Source: Bacillota bacterium (GTDB lineage Bacteria; Gemmatimonadota; Gemmatimonadetes; Gemmatimonadales; GWC2-71-9). Taken from it: DNA of 64,000 nt. Made by a program: the position numbers and the translations under genes. Where the stretch lies: the NCBI GenBank assembly GCA_050257015.1, contig JBLMWC010000012.1, positions 2,712-66,711 on the forward strand, read 5' to 3'. The notes under the pieces were generated by a model. That model searched no databases. It saw only the letters and a list, made by a program, of their open reading frames with translations, and was not told the DNA's origin. Positions 29,495-37,841 of this stretch are shown here, piece by piece. Position 1 is the stretch's first letter. Every line of letters begins with the position of its first letter.

Positions 29495-30513
29495 TGCGCG
29501 TCACCGTGCTGACCGGCGGCACCTCCTCGGAGCGCGATGTCGCCATCGCGTCGGCGGTGCAGGTCATCGCGGCGCTCCGCTCCCGCGGGCACGAGGTGTC
29601 GGTCGTCGATACCGCCGGCGGCTACATCCCGCGGGAAGCCGAAGCGGTGAGTCTGTCCGCCACGGTGAGGAAGGAGCCGCCCTCGATCGCGCACCTCGAG
29701 GCGCTCGAGCAGGGAATCCTGCTGTCGGGCCTGAACGCGCTCCCGGTGGTCCGGGACGCCGACGTCCTCTTCCTCGCCCTCCACGGCGGGCGAGGTGAGG
29801 ATGGGACGCTACAGACCCTCCTGGAAATGGTGGGGGTGCCCTACACCGGCAGCGGCCGGCTGGGGAGCGGGATGGCGATGGACAAGGACATCTCGAAGCG
29901 GCTCTTCCGGATGGCCGGGGTCCCCACCGCCGACTGGGCGATGACCCCGATCGACGCCGACGAGGCCGGCCGGCGGTTCGGCTGGCCGATCGTGGTGAAG
30001 CCCTCCAAACAGGGATCCACAGTGGGTTTGAGCGTCGTCACGCAGGCCGAGGACTTCGATGAGGCGGTGGCGACGGCCGCTGAATATGATGATGAAGTGA
30101 TGGTGGAACGTTTCATTCCGGGTCGTGAGCTGACGGTCGGAATCCTCGACGGAAACCCCCTCGCCGTGGGCGAGATCATCCCGAGGCACGAAATTTTCGA
30201 CTACGAGTGCAAGTACACGCCGGGGATGTCTCAGGAAATCTTCCCGGCCGACCTCACGCCGACGCTCGCGACCGAGTGCCGGCGCCTCGGCGTCCTGGCG
30301 CACGAGGCGCTGAAGCTCGGCGGCTACTCGCGGGTGGATTTTCGCTTGACACCGGAGGGTGAATTCTTCTGTTTAGAAGTGAACACGCTTCCGGGCATGA
30401 CCGCGACCAGTCTGCTGCCGCAGTCGGCCGCGGCGGTCGGGATCGATTTCCCTGAGCTGTGCGAGCGGATCTGCCGGACGGCGCTCGCCAGCAGGCAAGG
30501 TGTAACCGGGTGA
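29494..30513 (+). CDS. ddl: D-alanine--D-alanine ligase
   Basis: MRVTVLTGGTSSERDVAIASA.., LHGGRGEDGTLQ, GWPIVVKPSKQGSTVG, EVNTLPGMT. The start is the ATG in the TGATG overlap with the upstream stop. It lies within track ORF 28864-30513. Confidence 0.93.
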   Translation: MRVTVLTGGTSSERDVAIASAVQVIAALRSRGHEVSVVDTAGGYIPREAEAVSLSATVRKEPPSIAHLEALEQGILLSGLNALPVVRDADVLFLALHGGRGEDGTLQTLLEMVGVPYTGSGRLGSGMAMDKDISKRLFRMAGVPTADWAMTPIDADEAGRRFGWPIVVKPSKQGSTVGLSVVTQAEDFDEAVATAAEYDDEVMVERFIPGRELTVGILDGNPLAVGEIIPRHEIFDYECKYTPGMSQEIFPADLTPTLATECRRLGVLAHEALKLGGYSRVDFRLTPEGEFFCLEVNTLPGMTATSLLPQSAAAVGIDFPELCERICRTALASRQGVTG

Positions 30514-31352
30514 GCTTGCTGCCGTACCCCCGCCTGACCCCCTGGGTCCTGCGCCTCCTCGTGATCAACGCGGTGGTGCTGCTGCTCATGGAGACGCTCT
30601 TCACGTCTCCCGAGCTGAGGCAGGCGCTCGCCTTCACGCCCGACACGGCGCTGACCCACCCGTGGACCTTCGCGACGTACATGTTCGTCCACGGGGGCTT
30701 CGGCCACCTGCTCTTCAACTCGATCGCGCTCTTCGTGTTCGGGGCGGCCGTCGAGAGCCGGATGGGCAGCCGGCAGTTCATCCTCTACTACCTGTATTGC
30801 GGTGTCGGCGCGGCGATCTTCGCCATGCTGCTCCGCAACTTCGTCCACGTCGCCCCGTTCTACGGCGCCTCGGGGGCGATTCTCGGCGTCATGGTGGCCT
30901 TCGCGATGTTCTGGCCCGACGTCGAGATGATCGTCTTCCCGATCCCGGTGCCGATCCGGGCACGGACGCTGGTCATCGCGCTCATCGCGATCGACCTCGT
31001 TCTGGCCCTCTGGCCGCGCAACGACGGCCTGGCGCACCCGGCACACCTCGGCGGTGCGATCGCAGGGTGGCTCTTCCTGCGGCTCCAGCTCCTCTCGCGT
31101 CGCGGCCCGGTCGAGCCGGCGCGCTCGATCGAGCGGGTGGTGATGGTGCAGTCGGGAGCTGGCGACGAGCCCGAGCGCCGCGTCACACCGACACCGCTCC
31201 CGCGCCGCCCGCGCCCCGATGCCGAGACGAGCGGCGCCGAGCTCGACCGGGTACTGGACAAGATCAGCGCCACTGGAATCGCGAGTCTCACCGCCGCCGA
31301 GCGCCGCTTCCTCGACGAAGTCTCCCGCCGCAAGCAGCGCGGAGTTCACTGA
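30510..31352 (+). CDS. Rhomboid family intramembrane serine protease
   Basis: HLLFNSIALFVFG, catalytic GASGAILGV, and HPAHLGGAIAGW. GTGA overlap with the ddl stop is preferred over the track start at 30459. Confidence 0.88.
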   Translation: MSLLPYPRLTPWVLRLLVINAVVLLLMETLFTSPELRQALAFTPDTALTHPWTFATYMFVHGGFGHLLFNSIALFVFGAAVESRMGSRQFILYYLYCGVGAAIFAMLLRNFVHVAPFYGASGAILGVMVAFAMFWPDVEMIVFPIPVPIRARTLVIALIAIDLVLALWPRNDGLAHPAHLGGAIAGWLFLRLQLLSRRGPVEPARSIERVVMVQSGAGDEPERRVTPTPLPRRPRPDAETSGAELDRVLDKISATGIASLTAAERRFLDEVSRRKQRGVH

Positions 31353-31403
31353 ACCTGCCCCGCGCATCTTGCGCCGCGCGCGTCGCCTCTCTTACTATGG
31401 CGC

Positions 31404-32348
31404 GTGCTGATCAATCTCCTCCCTGATTTTCTCGCCGTACTCGACGCCGCCGACCCCCGGGCGGACTATCAGCGATACCGCGACGCCCACCGCCCCATCC
31501 TCGACGCGTACTGGCACAATTACGTCCTGGATCCCGACAGCCCGCAGGCCGACGAAGTGGTCGAGACGGCGCTCGCCGCCGACCGGAGCGACCTGACGGC
31601 ACTCCTCGATTCCACCGACCTGGTGCAGCTGGTTGAGGAATCGGCGGCGAAGGCTCACGAGATCCTCCGGATCGACCAGCCCACCGACTGCTATCTCATG
31701 GTCGGCATGGGTGGCGCGAATGCCGGCGAGCTGGTGGTCGGAGGCCGCGGGATCGCGTTCATCTGTGCCGAGCACTTCACCGGGCGGGTGAACCCGCAGA
31801 CGTACGGGATGGGCCTCTCGCCCGACCTGATCCCCCTCTGGGTGGCGCACGAGCTGGCCCACACCGTGCGCTACACCTCCCCCGGAAGCGCCAGCGACTT
31901 CCGGCGGCTGATCGCCGAGGCGGGCGGAAGCTACGACTACTGGCAGACCGGGAGCCGGGCTACGCTGCGGGAGCTGCTCCTGAACGAGGGGCTCGCCGTG
32001 CACGCGGCACAGGCCGTGGCCCCCGGATTCGACCCGGCCGACTACTTCGGCTATCCCCGTCGCCAGTACCACCGGCTGCGGGAGATCGAGTCATTCCTGC
32101 GCCGTGTGAGCGAGCCCGACCTCGACTCGAGCGGACTGGGCCTCCGGCTCCGCTACCTCTCGGGCGGCATGAGCCCGTCGTCCCGTCTCATCGGAGGCCG
32201 GGTCATCCCGGAGCGCTCGGGCTACTACCTGGGATACCGGATGGCGGAGGCGCTGGTGGCCGAGCGCGGGATCGCGGCGGCGCTGAGAGCGTCGGTGGAG
32301 GAATTCCAGCTCGCGGAAGAGGCGGCGCGCGGGATTCAGAGCGCGTGA
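31404..32348 (+). CDS. DUF2268-like predicted Zn-dependent protease
   Basis: HELAH motif in LWVAHELAHTVRY. The overall pattern (..YLMVGMGGANAGE.., ..LLNEGLAVHAAQ..) resembles DUF2268. Confidence 0.6.
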   Translation: MLINLLPDFLAVLDAADPRADYQRYRDAHRPILDAYWHNYVLDPDSPQADEVVETALAADRSDLTALLDSTDLVQLVEESAAKAHEILRIDQPTDCYLMVGMGGANAGELVVGGRGIAFICAEHFTGRVNPQTYGMGLSPDLIPLWVAHELAHTVRYTSPGSASDFRRLIAEAGGSYDYWQTGSRATLRELLLNEGLAVHAAQAVAPGFDPADYFGYPRRQYHRLREIESFLRRVSEPDLDSSGLGLRLRYLSGGMSPSSRLIGGRVIPERSGYYLGYRMAEALVAERGIAAALRASVEEFQLAEEAARGIQSA

Positions 32349-32560
32349 GCGATCCGGTCACGCCACCCGCCACTCCGGCGATCACCACCGTCACCTGGAA
32401 GCCCTCCGGCCCCTGCATCATCGAAGGGCCGGTCGTGATCCGGAACAACGACGGCGACATCCTGATCCCGCCCCCCACCAAGCACCCCGGCCAGGTGAAG
32501 CTCTGCGGCTGCGGCCGCTCGGCCAACAAGCCGTTCTGCGACGGGAGCCACAAGCGCTAG
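32345..32560 (+). CDS. CDGSH-type iron-sulfur domain protein
   Basis: C-terminal CGCGRSANKPFCDGSH motif. 71 aa. GTGA overlap with the upstream gene. Confidence 0.85.
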   Translation: MSDPVTPPATPAITTVTWKPSGPCIIEGPVVIRNNDGDILIPPPTKHPGQVKLCGCGRSANKPFCDGSHKR

Positions 32561-32561
32561 C

Positions 32562-33428
32562 TCAAGCCGTCTTCTCCTTCACCTCCGTCTGCTCCTGGCC
32601 TTTCTCCTTCCGCTCCGTCACCACCTGCCCGTAGTTCAGGATCGCCACCAGCATCACTCCGCCGATCGCATTGCCGATCACCGCCGCGACGATGAACGAG
32701 ATCATCGGCGCCCACCCCGCTGACCCGACCCACACCCGGTAGAACGCCTCCGACGACCCGACGATCGAGTGCTTGAAGTCGAACGCGGAGATCGGGGCAG
32801 TGAGGAGCCAGATGAGAACGAGCTGCGCGCCGGTATGGCGCGTGGAGGCGAGCACCCAGGTGAGGAGGGCGATGAGCCAGCCGGCGAAGATCGCGTGATA
32901 GAGCGTGAGCGAGAAGGGGAGCGCCGTCGCCCGCTCCGCCAGCTGCAGCATCCCTGCCTTGAGCGGCTCGGCGACCGCCGGGGTCCGGGCCATCACCCAC
33001 GAGAACAGGAGGGTACCGGTGAGGTTGCCGGCCAGGAGCAGCCCCCAGACGCGGAGCATCCTCAGCAGCGTGACCCGGTCGCGTCGGTGGAGGAGGGGGA
33101 GCACCGGCGTGAGCGTGTTCTCGGTGAAGAGCTCGCTCCGCGCCATGATGACGAAGATGAATCCGAGCGGGTAGGCCGCTGATGCCGCCGCCGCCGCGTA
33201 GGCCGGCGGCACGAGCGAGGCGGCGTAGGCGCCGCCCAGAAAGCTGAACCCTATCGCAAGTCCCGAGGCGAAGGAGGAAATCAGAAGCGAGGCCGTCGCC
33301 CGCTTCAGCTCCTCGTCGGCCTCGCTCATCACGTTGTCGTGGATCTCGCTCGCCGACAGGCGAGTGCCGGTCTCGGGCTCGTCGACCGAGCTGCTCCCCG
33401 GCCGGCCGGGCGCTTCGGGGGATTTCAT
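32562..33428 (-). CDS. Formate/nitrite transporter (FNT) family channel
   Basis: Six-TM pattern with ..ARSELFTENT.. and ..GNLTGTLLF... 288 aa including a charged N-terminal extension. The stop is 1 nt from the convergent CDGSH gene stop. Confidence 0.8.
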   Translation of the reverse strand: MKSPEAPGRPGSSSVDEPETGTRLSASEIHDNVMSEADEELKRATASLLISSFASGLAIGFSFLGGAYAASLVPPAYAAAAASAAYPLGFIFVIMARSELFTENTLTPVLPLLHRRDRVTLLRMLRVWGLLLAGNLTGTLLFSWVMARTPAVAEPLKAGMLQLAERATALPFSLTLYHAIFAGWLIALLTWVLASTRHTGAQLVLIWLLTAPISAFDFKHSIVGSSEAFYRVWVGSAGWAPMISFIVAAVIGNAIGGVMLVAILNYGQVVTERKEKGQEQTEVKEKTA

Positions 33429-33614
33429 CGGCCGACGCTACCGATGCGCCGGCGAGCCGGATGTGCCGGACGTCACAGGCGTGCGTCGGGGGCGTCAGGC
33501 GGGCAGCGCGGTGTACGCTGCATCACAGCAGACTGCTTTGGCGGCCCATACTCTCAGCGCTAGTCAGCAGTTCGCCGGTGCGATCGTGGCGCACCAGACC
33601 GACGGAGGAGCTCT

Positions 33615-35495
33615 GTGTCTGCGGACGTGCGTGTCGCATTGCCGGTTCGTTTCATCGTCGCCATCGCCGCCGGTGTCCTCACTGCCGCCTGCTCGCGGGA
33701 CGGAAACGCTGCGCGCCCCGCGGCAGGCCGCCCGACCGCGGTGGCCGCCGCCACCCCGTCGGCGTCCACCGGCCGGGCCTCCATCGCGGCGGATGCGACG
33801 GCGCCGGAGGACGGTCAGTGGATCCGCCCCGCCAAGGATTACGCCTCCTCCCGCTACAGCGGGCTCGGCGACATCAACACCTCCAACGTCGCGCAGCTCC
33901 GGCCGGTGGTGACCTTCTCGACTGGGGTGCTGCGCGGCCAGGAGGCGGCGCCGATTGTCGTCAACAACACGATGTACGTCATCACGCCGTTCCCCAACTA
34001 CGTCTACGCGCTCGATCTCACGAAGCCGGGCGCCCCCGTGAAGTGGACGTACAAGCCGAAGCCGCTGGCGGCGGCCCAGGGCGTCGCGTGCTGTGACGTG
34101 GTGAATCGGGGGGTCGTCTACGCCGACGGCAAGATCATCCTCAACACCCTCGACGACCACACCATAGCCGTGGACGCCGGCACCGGTGAGGAACTCTGGC
34201 GGACGCGCGTGGGAGACATCAACCTCGGCGAGTCGCTCACGATGGCGCCGCTGGTGGTGAAGGACAAGGTGCTTCTGGGGAACAGCGGGGGCGAGTTCGG
34301 GATACGCGGGTGGCTCACCGCCCTCGACCTGAAGACCGGCAAGCTCGCCTGGCGGGCGTACGGCACCGGGCCCGACAAGGATGTGCTCATCGGCCCCCGC
34401 TTCCATCCGTTCTACGCGGCCGATCGCGCGCCCAATCTCGGCGTCGCCAGCTGGCCGGGGGACATGTGGAAGATCGGCGGCGCCGGCGCATGGGGATGGA
34501 TTTCGTATGATCCGGGGCTCGATCTCATCTACTACGGCACCAGCAACCCGGGCCCGTGGAATCCCGACCAGCGTCCCGGCGACAACAAGTGGTCGAGCAC
34601 CCTCTTCGCGCGCGACCCGGACACCGGCGAGGCCGTCTGGGCCTACCAGCTGACGCCGCACGACCTGCACGACTACGACGGCATCAACGAGAGCGTGCTG
34701 CTCGACGTTCCGTGGAAGGGACAGGTGCGGAAGGTCCTCATCCGTCCCGAGCGGAACGGCTACGTGTACATGATCGACCGGACCACCGGTGAAGTGCTCT
34801 ACGCGAATCCGTTCGGCTACATCAACTCCAGCACGGGTGTCGATCTCCGCACCGGCCGCCTCCAGGACGCACCTGACAAGACGCCGGTCCTCGGCAAGGT
34901 CGTCCGCGACATCTGCCCCGCCGCGCCCGGCGTGAAGGACTGGCAGCCGTCGTCGTTCTCGCCGCGCACCGGGTACCTCTACATCCCGCACCAGAACCTC
35001 TGCATGGATGTCGAGAGCATCGAGGCGAGCTACGTCGCGGGGACGCCGTTCGTCGGCATGAACGTGAAGATGAAGGCCGGCCCCGGTGGGCACCGCGGCG
35101 AGCTCACCGCCTGGGACCCCGTCGCCGGCAAGGCGGTCTGGGTCATCAAGGAAGACCTGCCGGTCTGGAGCGGCACCGTCGCGACGGCGGGGGATGTGGT
35201 CTTCTACGGCACGATGGACGGCTGGTTCAAGGCGCTCGACGCGCGGACCGGCACCGAGCTCTGGAAGTTCAAGACCGGCTCGGGCATCATCGGCCAGCCG
35301 ATCGTGTATCGCGGGCCCGACGGGAAGGAATACGTCGCCGTGCTGTCGGGAGTCGGCGGATGGTCGGGAGCGATCGTAGCGGGCGGGCTCGATCCGCGGG
35401 ACTCGTCGGCGGCACTCGGCTTCGTCAACGCGATGCGGGATCTGCCGCAGAAGAGCACCAAGGGCGGGATGCTCTATGTCTTCGCGCTTCCGTAG
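33615..35495 (+). CDS. xoxF: PQQ-dependent alcohol (methanol/ethanol) dehydrogenase, XoxF type, with the lanthanide-coordination signature
   Basis: SRYSGLGDINTSNVAQL..FSTGVLRGQEAAPIVVNNTMYVITPFPNYVYALDL. Vicinal disulfide VACCDVVNRG. HDLHDYDGINE with D-Y-D at 34671-34679. GGAGGAG is upstream of GTG 33615. The signal peptide is lipobox-like (VLTAAC). Confidence 0.9.
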   Translation: MSADVRVALPVRFIVAIAAGVLTAACSRDGNAARPAAGRPTAVAAATPSASTGRASIAADATAPEDGQWIRPAKDYASSRYSGLGDINTSNVAQLRPVVTFSTGVLRGQEAAPIVVNNTMYVITPFPNYVYALDLTKPGAPVKWTYKPKPLAAAQGVACCDVVNRGVVYADGKIILNTLDDHTIAVDAGTGEELWRTRVGDINLGESLTMAPLVVKDKVLLGNSGGEFGIRGWLTALDLKTGKLAWRAYGTGPDKDVLIGPRFHPFYAADRAPNLGVASWPGDMWKIGGAGAWGWISYDPGLDLIYYGTSNPGPWNPDQRPGDNKWSSTLFARDPDTGEAVWAYQLTPHDLHDYDGINESVLLDVPWKGQVRKVLIRPERNGYVYMIDRTTGEVLYANPFGYINSSTGVDLRTGRLQDAPDKTPVLGKVVRDICPAAPGVKDWQPSSFSPRTGYLYIPHQNLCMDVESIEASYVAGTPFVGMNVKMKAGPGGHRGELTAWDPVAGKAVWVIKEDLPVWSGTVATAGDVVFYGTMDGWFKALDARTGTELWKFKTGSGIIGQPIVYRGPDGKEYVAVLSGVGGWSGAIVAGGLDPRDSSAALGFVNAMRDLPQKSTKGGMLYVFALP

Positions 35496-36318
35496 CGCCG
35501 TCCTCCTCGCCGCGCTCGCCGCGGGGACAGCGGCGGCGGCGTATCAGGCGCCGCACCGCGCCCCGCGGGAGCTCCGCGTGTGCGCCGACCCGAACAACCT
35601 GCCGTTCACCAACCGTCAGGGCGAGGGATTCGAGAATCGGATCGCGGAGCTGGTCGCGCGCGATCTGCATGCGCGGCTGACCTACACCTGGTGGGCCCAG
35701 CGGCGCGGCTTCTTCCGCAACACCCTCAACGCATCGCTCTGCGACGTCGTGATGGGCGTCCCCAGCGACCTCGACATGGTCCGGCCGACGGCGCCGTACT
35801 ACCGGTCGAGCTACGTCTTCGTCACCCGCCGCGACCGGAATCTGCGGATCACGTCGCTCGACGACCCTGTCCTCCGGCGGCTCCGGATCGGCGTGCAGCT
35901 CATCGGCAACGACTACATGAACACGCCGCCGGCCCACGCCCTCTCGCGGCGCGGCATCGTGCGGAACGTCGTCGGCTACACCGTCTACGGCGACTACTCG
36001 AAGCCGAATCCGCCGGCGCGCATCCTCGACGCGCTGGCGCGCGGCGAGGTGGACGTCGCGATCGTGTGGGGCCCGCTGGGCGGCTACTTCGCCACGCGGG
36101 AGCGGACGCCCCTCGTCATCACGCCGGTCACCCCGGAAATGGAGCCGCCCGGGATCCCGCTGGCCTACAACATCTCCATGGGGGTGCGGAAGGCGGACGA
36201 CTCGCTCCGGCGCGAGCTCGATCGGGTGATCGTCCGTCGGCGCGTCGAGATCGACCGGATCCTCGAGGCGTTCGGCGTGCCGCGCCGGCCGCTGCCGCCT
36301 ACCACGCCTGCATCGTAG
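35476..36318 (+). CDS. xoxJ: Quinoprotein-dehydrogenase-associated periplasmic binding protein (MxaJ/XoxJ family)
   Basis: LRVCADPNNLPFTNRQGEGFENRIAELVA..YTWWAQRRGFFRNTL..CDVVMGVP..YYRSSYVFV is the MoxJ-type SBP pattern. It overlaps the xoxF end by 20 nt. Confidence 0.85.
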   Translation: MSSRFRSAVLLAALAAGTAAAAYQAPHRAPRELRVCADPNNLPFTNRQGEGFENRIAELVARDLHARLTYTWWAQRRGFFRNTLNASLCDVVMGVPSDLDMVRPTAPYYRSSYVFVTRRDRNLRITSLDDPVLRRLRIGVQLIGNDYMNTPPAHALSRRGIVRNVVGYTVYGDYSKPNPPARILDALARGEVDVAIVWGPLGGYFATRERTPLVITPVTPEMEPPGIPLAYNISMGVRKADDSLRRELDRVIVRRRVEIDRILEAFGVPRRPLPPTTPAS

Positions 36319-36330
36319 CGCGAGGACGTC

Positions 36331-36888
36331 ATGCCGCATCCCTCTCTCCGCCTCGCACTCATCCTCGCGGGACTGCTGCTGGCCTCGGCCTGCCAGCGGG
36401 AGACCCGCCGCTTCCGCGAGTCGCCGCCCGCTGCGACTTCCGAGACCGCCGTCGCGATGAGCGAGCTGCAGCCGGGCCCGAAGGCGCGCGCGCTGCCGGT
36501 GGTGAACCCGTATGAGAAGAACGCCTACGCCGTCTCCGAGGGCGAGCGCCTCTTCGGCGCCTACAACTGCACCGGCTGCCATTCCCACGGCGGCGGCGGG
36601 ATCGGTCCGGCGCTGATGGACGACGAGTGGATCTACGGCAGCGACCCCGAGAACATCTTCTCCACGATCGTCGAAGGTCGCCCGAACGGCATGCCGACCT
36701 TCCGCGGGAAGATCCCCAACTACCAGGTCTGGCAGATCGTGGGCTATGTCCGCTCGATGAGCGGGCTGCTCGCCAAGGACGTGGCGCCCGCGCGGGACGA
36801 CCATATGGTCATGGTGCCCGAGCCGCAGCGCACGCAGGTGAAGGAGCCGATCCACGCCTTCACGCCGCCGGCGGCGGAGCATCCCTGA
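36331..36888 (+). CDS. Lipoprotein-anchored mono-heme c-type cytochrome
   Basis: Lipobox LLLASAC, heme site NCTGCH and distal GMPTF. It belongs to the family commonly encoded just upstream of aa3/caa3 oxidase genes. Confidence 0.85.
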   Translation: MPHPSLRLALILAGLLLASACQRETRRFRESPPAATSETAVAMSELQPGPKARALPVVNPYEKNAYAVSEGERLFGAYNCTGCHSHGGGGIGPALMDDEWIYGSDPENIFSTIVEGRPNGMPTFRGKIPNYQVWQIVGYVRSMSGLLAKDVAPARDDHMVMVPEPQRTQVKEPIHAFTPPAAEHP

Positions 36889-37841
36889 TGCCGGACTGGC
36901 TCCAGTCGGTGCTGCAGCCCGCGGGGCCTCAGGCGGAGCGGATCCACGCGCTGTGGCGCTTCATGCTCGCCGTCTCGGTGGTGGTCTACGTCGTCGTCGT
37001 CGGAGCTCTCCTCCTCGCCGCCTTCCGGCGCCGCCACACCGAGGCCGAGCTGGCCGAGGGCGCGCCGGGTGAGCGGGGAGTGACGCGGATCGTCTCGTTC
37101 GCGACGGCCGTCACGGCGCTCACCCTCTTCGCGTTTCTCGTCTTCGATTTCTCGACCGGCCGCGCGCTGACATCCACCGTGAAGCCGTCGGTGGCGATCG
37201 AGGTGACCGGCCACCAGTGGTGGTGGGAGGTGACCTACTACCATGACATTCCCAACAAGCGGGTCACGACCGCGAACGAGATCCACATCCCGGTAGGCAG
37301 TCCGGTGCTCATCCGCCTCAATTCGCAGGACGTGATCCACAGCTTCTGGGCCCCGGACCTCAACGGCAAGCGCGACCTCATTCCCGGCAAGGAAAGCAGC
37401 CTCTGGCTGCAGGCCGACACCCCTGGCGTCTACCGCGGCCAGTGCGCCGAGTTCTGCGGGTACCAGCACGCGAAGATGGCGTTCGTCATCGTGGCCGACC
37501 GCCCGGCCGACTTCCAGCGCTGGTACGCGGCGCAGGCCGACACGGCGAAGACCCCCACCGACTCGCTCACGTCGCGGGGGCAGGAGGTCTTCCTCACGTC
37601 GCCGTGCGTGATGTGCCATGCCATCCACGGCACCCCCGCCGGAGCCACGCTCGGGCCCGACCTCACGCACATCGCCAGCCGGCGCTACATCGGCGCGGGC
37701 TCACTGCCCAACACCCGCGGCAACCTCGCCGGGTGGATCCTCGACGCGCAGGGAATCAAGCCCGGCGCGCGCATGCCGCCGAACAGTCTGGCCCCGGCCG
37801 ACCTCCAGGCTCTCCTCGCCTACCTCGGGACTCTGAAATGA
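36888..37841 (+). CDS. ctaC: Cytochrome c oxidase subunit II with a fused C-terminal cytochrome c domain (caa3-type)
   Basis: CuA site CAEFCGYQHAKM and the C-terminal heme motif CVMCH. The start is the ATG in the TGATG overlap. It lies within track ORF 36627-37841. Confidence 0.92.
   Translation: MPDWLQSVLQPAGPQAERIHALWRFMLAVSVVVYVVVVGALLLAAFRRRHTEAELAEGAPGERGVTRIVSFATAVTALTLFAFLVFDFSTGRALTSTVKPSVAIEVTGHQWWWEVTYYHDIPNKRVTTANEIHIPVGSPVLIRLNSQDVIHSFWAPDLNGKRDLIPGKESSLWLQADTPGVYRGQCAEFCGYQHAKMAFVIVADRPADFQRWYAAQADTAKTPTDSLTSRGQEVFLTSPCVMCHAIHGTPAGATLGPDLTHIASRRYIGAGSLPNTRGNLAGWILDAQGIKPGARMPPNSLAPADLQALLAYLGTLK

Noticed and set aside
36331-36888. Calling the first cytochrome c a genuine XoxG (cytochrome cL)
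   Set aside because: Its sequence pattern (NCTGCHSHGGGG..GMPTF) matches the cytochromes usually encoded with aa3/caa3 oxidases rather than cL as I remember it. It may still serve as the XoxF electron acceptor, so I kept the generic call.
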